Source of the DNA: Kiritimatiellia bacterium
GTDB taxonomy: Bacteria > Verrucomicrobiota > Kiritimatiellia > CAIQIC01 > Lenti-01
Length of the DNA stretch: 64,000 nucleotides
Assembly: GCA_028681135.1 (NCBI GenBank)
Contig: JAQUJC010000002.1
Coordinates: forward strand, 21,892 to 85,891
Reading direction: 5' to 3'
The notes below the pieces were generated by a model. The model was not told the DNA's origin. It did not search any database and worked only from the letters and a program-made list of their open reading frames with translations. Positions 26,629-34,614 of this stretch are shown piece after piece (position 1 is the first letter of the stretch; every line of letters begins with the position of its first letter). The translations under genes were made by a program, and so were the position numbers.

Positions 26629-27465
26629 TTAAAGTTTTTCCTTGGCCAGTTCCTGCCAGAATTGGAGGGTGAGTTTTTTCATGTTGGCCATGGCCTTTTG
26701 GGAGGTCTCGAAGACCTCCTGATGGGTCAAGGGCTGGTCCAGGATACCGGCGGCCATGTTGGTGATGCAGGAGAGGCCGACGACCCGCAGCCCGGCGGCA
26801 TTGGCGAGCATGGCCTCAGGCACGGTGCTCATGCCCACGGCATCGGCACCGAGGGTACGCCAGGCACGGACTTCGGCGGGAGTCTCATAGGTCGGGCCGG
26901 TCCCGGCGAAATAGGTGCCGTGGCGCAGGGCGACATCGGTTTTTTCGCCGGCGCGCGAAAGGACTGCGCGCAGCTTGCGGTCATAGATGAACGACTGGTC
27001 CGGGAAGCGGGCCCCCCAGAAGGGATCGTGAGCGCCCAGCAGGGGGGTGACGCCCATCATATTGATATGGTCGTCGATGATCATCAGGTCACCGGGGGTC
27101 CACTCGGGATGGGTGCCGCCGGCGGCATTGGTCAGGAAGACGGCTTTGGCGCCGAGGCTTTTGAGCAGGAAGAGGGGGGTGGCCACGGCTTCCCAGCCCA
27201 CGCCCTCATAGACGTGGCGGCGGCCCTGGAAAATGAGGGTTTCGATCCCGGCGGATTTGCCCCAGACCAGACGTCCGGCATGACCCGCGACGCCCGCCTT
27301 GCCCAGGCTGGGAATCTCTTCGTAGGACAGGACGCCGAGAGGGTCAAATGCGTCGGCAATATCGCTGAGGCCGGAGCCGAGGATCATGCCCAGTTGGGGG
27401 GTGGCCTCGGGGAAGGCTTTTTTGACAGTAGCGAGAGAGGCATCGAGGGGGTCACGGTTAATCAT
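26629..27465 (-). CDS. punA: purine nucleoside phosphorylase (PunA/MTAP trimeric family)
   Basis: GMILGSGLS, VAGHAGRLVWG, QGRRHVYEG, GPTYETPAE, VGMSTVPE. Confidence 0.85.
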   Translation of the reverse strand: MINRDPLDASLATVKKAFPEATPQLGMILGSGLSDIADAFDPLGVLSYEEIPSLGKAGVAGHAGRLVWGKSAGIETLIFQGRRHVYEGVGWEAVATPLFLLKSLGAKAVFLTNAAGGTHPEWTPGDLMIIDDHINMMGVTPLLGAHDPFWGARFPDQSFIYDRKLRAVLSRAGEKTDVALRHGTYFAGTGPTYETPAEVRAWRTLGADAVGMSTVPEAMLANAAGLRVVGLSCITNMAAGILDQPLTHQEVFETSQKAMANMKKLTLQFWQELAKEKL

Positions 27466-27529
27466 GGGGTGGGGCTCCTTTCAATGAGCAATGAATAGGT
27501 TTAATGAAGGACGAGAATGGGGGCTGGAG

Positions 27530-27685
27530 TTTTCCACAGTGTGGAAAACTGTTTTCCATAGTGTGGAAAAAACAGGCCGGAATTTTCCATAGCGTGGAAA
27601 ACCCATGCGATATTTTTCCACAGTGTGGAACCTTTTTTTCCATAGCGTGGAAACCTCACATAACAGCGTTCCATAGCGTGGAAAC
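27530..27685. repeat. family-A array 2: six copies of TTTTCCAYAGYGTGGAAAA
   Basis: TTCCA starts at 27532, 27554, 27585, 27616, 27638 and 27669, giving spacings of 22, 31, 31, 22 and 31 bp. It lies between the deoA stop and the punA start. Confidence 0.95.
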
Positions 27686-27694
27686 CCCCGGGCA

Positions 27695-29005
27695 TCACCC
27701 GGTGATGCGGGCGACGATGGGTTTGGGGGCGGTGACGGGGTCGGCGACGATGTCGAAGGCCTGTTGGATGTGGGCCATGGCCTGATCGAGTTTGTCCTGC
27801 GCGGTCGCGTGCACCGTGACGAGCGGCTGGCCTGCTTCAACCTTATCGCCGATCTTGGCGAGGCCCGAGGTGCCGACGGCATAGTCGATGACATCATCGG
27901 TCTTCTGGCGTCCGCCCCCCAGCACCAGGACGGCGCGGCCGATGGACTCGGCATCCACCTTGGCGAGGTAGCCAGACGTGGGGGCGGGGTAGGGGGTGAC
28001 GATGGCGGCCTGCGGCAACTTGGAGAGGTCGTCGAGGCTCGAAACATCAGCACCCTGGAGGGCGGCCATTTGCTTGAATTTCTCGAAGGCGGCGCCCGAA
28101 GCGATGATCTGCTCGAGGTTGCCGCGGGCCTCTTCGACTGTGGCGGCCTTATGCCCAAGCACGAGCATTTCGGCAGTGAGGGCCAGGGTGATATTCATCA
28201 GGTCGCTAGCGGCGTGTTGACCTTGCAGGCATTCGATGGACTCGATGACTTCCAAGGCGTTGCCGGCGGTGCGGCCGAGGGGCTGGTTCATATCGGTGAT
28301 GAGCGCGACCATCCCTTTGTTCATGGCCTTGCCAACGCGGACCATCGACTCGGCGAGAGTGGTGGCATCTTCGATGGTGCGCATGAAGGCGCCCGCGCCC
28401 CACTTGACGTCGAGGACCAGTGAATCAATGCCTTCGGCCATCTTCTTGCACATGATGGAGGCGGTGATCAGGGCGATGGAGGCGACGGTGCCGGTCACAT
28501 CGCGCAGCGCGTAGAGCTTTTTATCGGCCGGGGCGATTTCGCCTGTTTGGCCGATCATGGAGAAGCCGCATTGCTGGATGATGTCGATGAACGCCTTTTC
28601 GGAGAGATTCGTATTGAAGCCGGGGATGGCTTCCAGTTTGTCGAGGGTGCCGCCGGTGATGCCAAGGCCCCGGCCGGAAATCATCGGCACGGCCAGTCCG
28701 GCGGCGGCGGCGAGCGGGGCGAGGATCAGCGAGACCTTGTCGCCGATGCCGCCGGTGGAATGCTTATCGACCTTGGGCCCGGTGAGTGACGAGGTATCGA
28801 CCATAGCGCCGGAGTGCATCATGGCATCGGTCAGGACGGCGATTTCCTCGGGCGTCATGCCCTTGAGGTAGATCGCCATGGCCATGGCGGCCATCTGGTA
28901 GTCGGGGATGGTTCCCTGGGTGTAGCCATTGATGAAAAAGCGGATTTCCTCATCGGTGAGGATGTGGCCGTCGCGTTTCTTTTCGATTATCCATTGGGGG
29001 ACCAT
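27695..29005 (-). CDS. deoA: thymidine/pyrimidine-nucleoside phosphorylase
   Basis: IIEKKRDGHILTDEEI, DYQMAAMAMAI, DKHSTGGIGDKVSL. The ATG at 29005 is preceded by GAAGGAG, so it is preferred over TTG 29020. Confidence 0.9.
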   Translation of the reverse strand: MVPQWIIEKKRDGHILTDEEIRFFINGYTQGTIPDYQMAAMAMAIYLKGMTPEEIAVLTDAMMHSGAMVDTSSLTGPKVDKHSTGGIGDKVSLILAPLAAAAGLAVPMISGRGLGITGGTLDKLEAIPGFNTNLSEKAFIDIIQQCGFSMIGQTGEIAPADKKLYALRDVTGTVASIALITASIMCKKMAEGIDSLVLDVKWGAGAFMRTIEDATTLAESMVRVGKAMNKGMVALITDMNQPLGRTAGNALEVIESIECLQGQHAASDLMNITLALTAEMLVLGHKAATVEEARGNLEQIIASGAAFEKFKQMAALQGADVSSLDDLSKLPQAAIVTPYPAPTSGYLAKVDAESIGRAVLVLGGGRQKTDDVIDYAVGTSGLAKIGDKVEAGQPLVTVHATAQDKLDQAMAHIQQAFDIVADPVTAPKPIVARITG

Positions 29006-29146
29006 GGGGGACTCCTTCAATTTTCAATGTCCACTATTCAATATCCAAAGATACAATCCGGCTCGGCGGGGACGCTTCGCCCACCCTTCGATCCGGTGGG
29101 AGGGCGAACCCTCCGGGTGAGCCGGGGTTTCGGGATTCCTCCGCTG

Positions 29147-30325
29147 CTACACAAAGGACGCACCTCGCGGCATGGCCGGGATGCCAAAGAAGCGGGCGAG
29201 GGATTGAGCGATGTCGTAGAAGCCACAGCGGATGCCGAGGTTGTCACCTGGCTGGCCGGGTTGATACACCAGCAGCGGCACGTATTCGCGGGTGTGGTCG
29301 GTGCCCTGAAAGGTGGGGTCGTTGCCGTGGTCGGCGGTGAGAATGAGCATATCGCCTTCCTTGAGGAGCGGCAGGTAGGTCGCCAGCCACTGGTCGGTCA
29401 GTTCGAGACTATGCGCATAGCCCTTGGGATCACGGCGGTGGCCGTAGAGCATGTCATAGTCGATGAAGTTGGCAATGATTAGGCCTGAGTCCTTCTCCTG
29501 GGTCCATTTCTCGACCAGCGCCTGGGAATCGAGGTTGTTGCCGGTGTGATTCGATTCGGTGATGCCGCGGTGGGCGTAAATGTCTTCGATCTTGCCCACG
29601 GCATAAACGGGAATATCTTTCTCCACCAGGCGTTCGAGGACGGTCGGCTCGTCGGGCAAAAAGGCGAAATCCCGACGATTTTCGGTGCGCTTGAATGCGC
29701 CGGGTTGGCCGATGAAGGGGCGGGCGATGACGCGCCCGACGCGCAGCGGGTCGCACAGGCGGCGAGCTATTTCGCAGTAGCGATAGAGTTCGGGGACGGG
29801 CACGACATCTTCATGAGCGGCGATCTGGAAGACGCTATCGGCCGAGGTGTAGCAGATGAGCGCGCCGGTTTCGAGGTGCTCGGGGCCGAGTTCGTCGAGA
29901 ATGACGGTGCCGCTGGCGGCCTTGTTGCCGATGAGGTTGCGGCCGGTTTCCTTTTCAAACGCGGCAATCAGCTCGGGGGGAAACGAGTTTTCAAGGGGGA
30001 AGTTGTGGAAGCCGGGATCCACTTCCAGGCCGGCGATTTCCCAATGGCCGGTGATGGTGTCTTTGCCATCGGACATTTCGCGCATGGCGCCAAAGGAGGC
30101 CATGGGGGCGTCTACGGGGTCGACGCCCAGGATGGTTTGGGCGGGGCGATGGTGCAGGAGCGGGGGGATATTGCCCAGGCCCATCTGTTGGAGGGTGGGC
30201 AGGTGGACGCCTCCCGTGGCAGTGGCAAGATTGGCGAGGGTCGAGGACCCCTCATCGCCATATTCTGCGGCGTCGGGCGCGGCGCCAATGCCCACGGAGT
30301 CGAGAATGATCAGGATGGCTTTCAT
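29147..30325 (-). CDS. deoB: phosphopentomutase
   Basis: MKAILIILDSVGIG, TGHWE, ADHGNDPT. The length is typical for DeoB. Confidence 0.9.
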   Translation of the reverse strand: MKAILIILDSVGIGAAPDAAEYGDEGSSTLANLATATGGVHLPTLQQMGLGNIPPLLHHRPAQTILGVDPVDAPMASFGAMREMSDGKDTITGHWEIAGLEVDPGFHNFPLENSFPPELIAAFEKETGRNLIGNKAASGTVILDELGPEHLETGALICYTSADSVFQIAAHEDVVPVPELYRYCEIARRLCDPLRVGRVIARPFIGQPGAFKRTENRRDFAFLPDEPTVLERLVEKDIPVYAVGKIEDIYAHRGITESNHTGNNLDSQALVEKWTQEKDSGLIIANFIDYDMLYGHRRDPKGYAHSLELTDQWLATYLPLLKEGDMLILTADHGNDPTFQGTDHTREYVPLLVYQPGQPGDNLGIRCGFYDIAQSLARFFGIPAMPRGASFV

Positions 30326-30421
30326 CTGTGGCCTCTTTCTTTAGTGCGTTACACGCGGTGGGGGAACATCATTACACAACATTATTCACTATCAGCGTTC
30401 ATTAAGCAAATGGCGCGGTTG

Positions 30422-30447
30422 AAATAAAAACCCCGTTTTCACGGGGT
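30422..30447 (-). terminator. intrinsic terminator overlapping the stop codon of the last BMC-P gene
   Basis: The minus-strand RNA is ACCCCG-UGAAAA-CGGGGU followed by UUUUAUUU. Confidence 0.55.
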
Positions 30448-30717
30448 GTTCTCTTCGATGATGGTATCGACTATGCCGACAATGACACTGCGCACCGGCC
30501 CGTTTTTAGATTCTAAAATCTGACGTCCTCCATTTCCTTCGTTGAGGACGAGAACGGTTTCGCCCGGCCCCGCGCCGACGCAATCAATGGCGACCAGGTA
30601 GTCATCGGTGATCGTGCCATCCGGTTTGATCTGCTCGACAATCAGCAGTTTGCGGTGGTCATAAAAGGGGTGACGAATGGTGGAATGGATATTGCCGATG
30701 ACGTTGCCGAGGATCAT
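30439..30717 (-). CDS. BMC-P pentameric vertex protein (EutN/CcmL family), copy 3
   Basis: MILGNVIGNIHSTIRHPFYDHRKLLIV...AIDCVGAGPGETVLV. ATGA overlap with the preceding gene. Confidence 0.8.
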   Translation of the reverse strand: MILGNVIGNIHSTIRHPFYDHRKLLIVEQIKPDGTITDDYLVAIDCVGAGPGETVLVLNEGNGGRQILESKNGPVRSVIVGIVDTIIEENTP

Positions 30718-31004
30718 GTGGGGCCCCCTTTCCACTGGGGGGCCTCGACGCCATCCACAATGCCGACAATGGCATGATCGACGGGGACAAACCACGGTTC
30801 GAGGAGCAGCGCGGCTTCGCGGCCGCCTTCGTAATAGATGAGTTCGTCGGGGCCGGCCATACGGGTGCCATCCGCACAGACGATGGGGGCCCCCTTGTCG
30901 GTGCCATCCTTGGCCAGGGGCTGAACCCAGAGCATGGGGACGCCTTCGAGGCCTTCGTAGACCTGAGTGGAGACCACCGTTCCTATAACTTTTCCTAGCA
31001 GCAT
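30714..31004 (-). CDS. BMC-P pentameric vertex protein (EutN/CcmL family), copy 2
   Basis: MLLGKVIGTVVSTQVYEGLEGVPMLWVQPL...VDHAIVGIVD. Confidence 0.8.
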   Translation of the reverse strand: MLLGKVIGTVVSTQVYEGLEGVPMLWVQPLAKDGTDKGAPIVCADGTRMAGPDELIYYEGGREAALLLEPWFVPVDHAIVGIVDGVEAPQWKGGPT

Positions 31005-31019
31005 GGCGATTCCTGTCGG

Positions 31020-31634
31020 TTAGGACGCAATTTCTCCCTCGAGGGTAAGCGGGTGGGCGAGATCGAAACGGGTGGAGACGGCAATTTGTGAAAGCAAGCC
31101 GTCGTGCGGCGACGTGAGCACGCGGTGCTGGGCGGGGATGCCGCGGGTTTCCAGAGAGGCCAGCGCGATATCCTGAGCGGCTTCGACATCGGTGAGATCG
31201 CCCTGCACAATGGCCAGCCCGCGGCCATCCATGCGCGGGTCGCCCGCACGGAATTCGAGCAACTCGACATTGACGCCCTTCATGGCGCGCTCAATGGCCT
31301 GGATGTTGCAGGAGACGGTGGGCGTTTCGAGAATCCACAGGGGGCCTTCGCCCATCTGGCGTTTGTTGCCCAGAATGGCCTCGTAGAGCGCGGGGTGGAT
31401 ATCGGGCAAGAAGGCGTCGTCGGCCACTTGCAGGCCGCCGTGGAAGAGGGCTTCTTCGTGGGCTTCGGCGACGGAGGCCGTGGTGCCGGCGAGCAAAATG
31501 AGAAACCGTCCCGCGCCGATGGTGCCGGAGCGGATCATGCCAATCGGTGACTTTTTGAGCAGGGCATCGGCGGCAAAGAGCCCGGCCGGCACGCTAGTCA
31601 TTTCGATGGAGGCAAAGGCGGGATGGGGTTTCAT
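31020..31634 (-). CDS. tandem-domain BMC shell protein (BMC-T-like)
   Basis: Two BMC-like halves: ASIEMTSVPAGLFAADALLKKSPI... and LWILETPTVSCNIQAIERAMKGVNVELLEF... Confidence 0.65.
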   Translation of the reverse strand: MKPHPAFASIEMTSVPAGLFAADALLKKSPIGMIRSGTIGAGRFLILLAGTTASVAEAHEEALFHGGLQVADDAFLPDIHPALYEAILGNKRQMGEGPLWILETPTVSCNIQAIERAMKGVNVELLEFRAGDPRMDGRGLAIVQGDLTDVEAAQDIALASLETRGIPAQHRVLTSPHDGLLSQIAVSTRFDLAHPLTLEGEIAS

Positions 31635-31637
31635 TAA

Positions 31638-33101
31638 TTAAACAATCCTAAAGTGGTCAACCATGGCACAGCGGCGCCAGCGGGAGAAACTACGGGGGGT
31701 AGTGATGCCTTCACCTGTGGGCGAGGCGATGGTGAAGGAGGTCGGTCCTTCGCCGCCAAAACCGATTCCAGCCTGCGAGCGGCCGTTTTTGACGAAAATC
31801 GAGCAGTTGCACTGGCGGGCCATCTTGGACAGCTTATCGATGTTCTTGGAGTGCATGACCGCGGTGTGGTAGTTGAAGCCTTCCATCTGCAAGCCGATGT
31901 CGATGGCGACGTCCACATTGGGTGCCCGGGTTATGGGCATGATGGGCAGCATCTGCTCGGTCCAGAGCAGGGGATGGTCCTCGGGCACCTCGACAATACC
32001 TAGGCGGGTGGTGGGGGGGGCGGAGATACCGATTTCCGCGAGAATCTTGTCGGCGTTTTGGCCAATCCATTTACGGTTGATGGTGGCATGTTCGCGGGGA
32101 CCGGCCATCTTAGAAAAGATGACCTGTTCCATGGCGGGGATTTTAGACGAGTCGATCAGGACCGCATTGTTGCGTGTCATGGCCTGGATAAGTTTGTCGG
32201 CGACCGAGGCGACCACGATGGTCTCCTTTTCCTCGACGCAAATCATATTGTTATCAAAGGACGCGCCCAGGACGATGTCCGCCGCGGCTTTTTCAATGTC
32301 GGCCGTTTCATCCACGACGACGCAGGGGTTGCCGGGGCCGGCGCAGATAGCGCGTTTGCCGCTGGCCATGGCCGCCTTGACGACCCCGCCCCCGCCGGTG
32401 ACAACGATGACGCGGATGCCGGGGTGCTTCATGAGGGCACCCGCCGTTTCGATGGTGGGCTCTGCCACGCAAACGCAGGTATTGGGCGGCCCGCCGGCGG
32501 CCATGACGGCCTTGTTCAACAAGGCGATGGTCTGGATGGAACACTGTTTGGCGGAGGGATGGACATTGAAGACAACGACATTGCCGGCGGCCAACATGCC
32601 GATGGCATTGCAAATGATCGTGGAGGTGGGGTTGGTGGTCGGGGTGATGGCGCCTAAAACACCCCAGGGGGCGGATTCCATCAGCGTCAGGCCGTGATCG
32701 CCCGTCCAGGCGATCGGGGCGAGGTCTTCGGTGCCGGGAGTTTTTTCAATGACGAGCTGGTTTTTGAGGATTTTGTCCTCGAAGCGGCCATAGCCGGTTT
32801 CGTCGGCGGCAGCTTTCGCCAGGGCTGTTGCATTTTCGCGCATCACGGCACGGATGCTCTGAATGACCTGCTCGCGTTTGGATAGGGCCAAACGGGCGAA
32901 GAGCGGGAAGGCGGCCTGGGCCGCGGTCACGGCTTCGTCAATGGTCTGAAATACGCCCAGGGCGCCATCAATGGCCGCGGGGGCGGTGGCCGGGGCCGGG
33001 GCCGCAGCAGGGGCCGCGACGGGGGCAGGGGCGGGCGAGCCACTGAGATCGCCGGCAATACGCCGGGCGATGGCTTCGATGTCTTGATCGGTCAGTTTCA
33101 T
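31638..33101 (-). CDS. CoA-acylating aldehyde dehydrogenase (PduP/EutE-like) with N-terminal encapsulation peptide
   Basis: The amphipathic MKLTDQDIEAIARRIAGDL is followed by a Pro/Ala linker (SPAPAPVAAPAAAPAPATAPAA). The AldDH core has ITPTTNPTST and a catalytic-Cys region. Confidence 0.85.
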   Translation of the reverse strand: MKLTDQDIEAIARRIAGDLSGSPAPAPVAAPAAAPAPATAPAAIDGALGVFQTIDEAVTAAQAAFPLFARLALSKREQVIQSIRAVMRENATALAKAAADETGYGRFEDKILKNQLVIEKTPGTEDLAPIAWTGDHGLTLMESAPWGVLGAITPTTNPTSTIICNAIGMLAAGNVVVFNVHPSAKQCSIQTIALLNKAVMAAGGPPNTCVCVAEPTIETAGALMKHPGIRVIVVTGGGGVVKAAMASGKRAICAGPGNPCVVVDETADIEKAAADIVLGASFDNNMICVEEKETIVVASVADKLIQAMTRNNAVLIDSSKIPAMEQVIFSKMAGPREHATINRKWIGQNADKILAEIGISAPPTTRLGIVEVPEDHPLLWTEQMLPIMPITRAPNVDVAIDIGLQMEGFNYHTAVMHSKNIDKLSKMARQCNCSIFVKNGRSQAGIGFGGEGPTSFTIASPTGEGITTPRSFSRWRRCAMVDHFRIV

Positions 33102-33150
33102 GTGATCTCCCGCAGGTGAAGGGGGGCAGCGGTAGGGGAGGGCTGCATTC

Positions 33151-33209
33151 CAGACGACACGAAGGCCGTCTTTCCAATAGCGGACGACACGAAGGTCGTC
33201 CTTCCAAAA
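33151..33209 (-). repeat. two tandem near-identical stem-loops in the BMC-P / aldDH intergenic spacer
   Basis: In the RNA sense: GGACGAC-CUUCGU-GUCGUCC and AGACGGC-CUUCGU-GUCGUCU. Each is followed or preceded by UUGGAA. Confidence 0.7.
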
Positions 33210-33254
33210 TCGCCGGCGTCAGCCTGAATGACTGGGATGCAGCCGTTCATTTCG

Positions 33255-33542
33255 TTATTTGGTGTACTTGGTTTTGCCATCGATATCCCAGGTATCCACG
33301 ATGGCCAAAATGACGGCGTCGACGGGTTTGTTCTGGGTCAGGGTGGTCTGGCGGGCCGATGAACCGGCCGCGGTCAGTACCATTTCGCCAGGGCCGGCGC
33401 CCATGGCATCAGCGGCGACAACAAACGATGGGGTTTCCTTGCCATCGGTGTCCACCAGGCGGACGAGGAGAAAACGGATGCCGTCCAAGACGGATTCTTT
33501 ACGAGTTGACACGACTGTGCCAACGACTTTGCCAAGATTCAT
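33255..33542 (-). CDS. BMC-P pentameric vertex protein (EutN/CcmL family), copy 1
   Basis: [31 protein letters not shown]...[14 protein letters not shown]. Confidence 0.85.
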   Translation of the reverse strand: MNLGKVVGTVVSTRKESVLDGIRFLLVRLVDTDGKETPSFVVAADAMGAGPGEMVLTAAGSSARQTTLTQNKPVDAVILAIVDTWDIDGKTKYTK

Positions 33543-33625
33543 GGGGACTCCGGGGCTAGACTACGGACAGGGGGGGGGGCGCAGCCGCACCCGGGAGGAT
33601 GCGGTCTGCGCCACAGTCGGGGGGC

Positions 33626-33919
33626 CTACTTGCCCTTGGCCGGGGCGCGGCCGAGCGGCAGCACCACTTCCAGGTTGGCGTGCGGGCGGGCGATCACATG
33701 GACAGCCACTACTTCGCCGACGCGTCCGCCGGCAATCTGCCCGGCGTCACAGGCGGCCTTGACGGCTGCCACGTCGCCACGAACGATGACGGAGGTAAAG
33801 CCCCCGCCGGTCTTTTCGTAGGTGACCAGTTCGACCTTGGCGGCCTTTACCATCGCATCCGCGGCTTCCACCGTTGCGGGGAAGGAGCGTGTCTCAATCA
33901 TTCCTAATGCTTCAGCCAT
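33626..33919 (-). CDS. BMC-H hexameric shell protein (PduA/EutM-like)
   Basis: [32 protein letters not shown]...[13 protein letters not shown]...VHVIARPH. Confidence 0.9.
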   Translation of the reverse strand: MAEALGMIETRSFPATVEAADAMVKAAKVELVTYEKTGGGFTSVIVRGDVAAVKAACDAGQIAGGRVGEVVAVHVIARPHANLEVVLPLGRAPAKGK

Positions 33920-33965
33920 TTGTATACCTCTTGTTGTTGGTTGTGTTTTTCAAATTTGCCCGTCG

Positions 33966-34601
33966 TTAGTGGCGGGCGCCCGAGCCATCGGCACGCCCCG
34001 TGACCGCCTCAATGGCAGCTTCGGCAGCGCGGTAGGCAACATCGATGTCGCGTTCTTCGCCCCCGAGCCATATCCGTCCAAAAGAGCCGAACGTAATGAC
34101 TTCGAGGATGTTGATGTTGGCCGCTTTTTCGGCCTCGTTCGCGGCGAGCGCGGCGTAGGCGGCGGGGGCGACCTCCATAATATACAGCGATTGCCCGCGG
34201 GTGATCAAGTTGCCGTGGCGCATGCGGTTGATCAGCATCGTCTGGTGGTCATCGATGTTGCGAATGACCTGGGACGAATAGACCTTGGGCTTTATGCGCT
34301 CGCCTTCGTCAAGATCGAGGTCCTTGAGGATGGCCGCGCCCGCCTGGCGGACATCGGCCTGCGAGTCCGAGTGAATCTCGAGCATGCCGTAGAGGCGCTC
34401 GACGATCTGCATGCCGGGGCGCACATGGGTGGACTTGAGCGCCACGTCGGTGACCTGGTTAATGGCGATGCCCGGGGAAATTTCCACGAACAACGCGGCC
34501 TGCCCCTCGACGGGCAGGTAGCCTTTGGCCACGGTGGCCAGAAAAGAGGCAAACTGCGGTTGGAGGCTGTCAATGAATATGTATGTTCTGAGTTCTGCCA
34601 T
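33966..34601 (-). CDS. tandem-domain BMC shell protein (BMC-T-like)
   Basis: Two BMC-like halves: IFIDSLQPQFASFLATVAKG...LEIHSD and LYIMEVAPAAYAALAANEAEKAANINILEV... Confidence 0.65.
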   Translation of the reverse strand: MAELRTYIFIDSLQPQFASFLATVAKGYLPVEGQAALFVEISPGIAINQVTDVALKSTHVRPGMQIVERLYGMLEIHSDSQADVRQAGAAILKDLDLDEGERIKPKVYSSQVIRNIDDHQTMLINRMRHGNLITRGQSLYIMEVAPAAYAALAANEAEKAANINILEVITFGSFGRIWLGGEERDIDVAYRAAEAAIEAVTGRADGSGARH

Positions 34602-34614
34602 GGGGGCTCCTTGC

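Noticed and set aside
27530-27685. The family-A arrays as the chromosomal origin (oriC), because of the DnaA-box-like 9-mers.
   Set aside because: There are four separate arrays in 64 kb, no dnaA or dnaN nearby, no AT-rich unwinding element, and many degenerate halves. A dispersed repeat family is the more economical reading. A DnaA-related role remains only a hypothesis.
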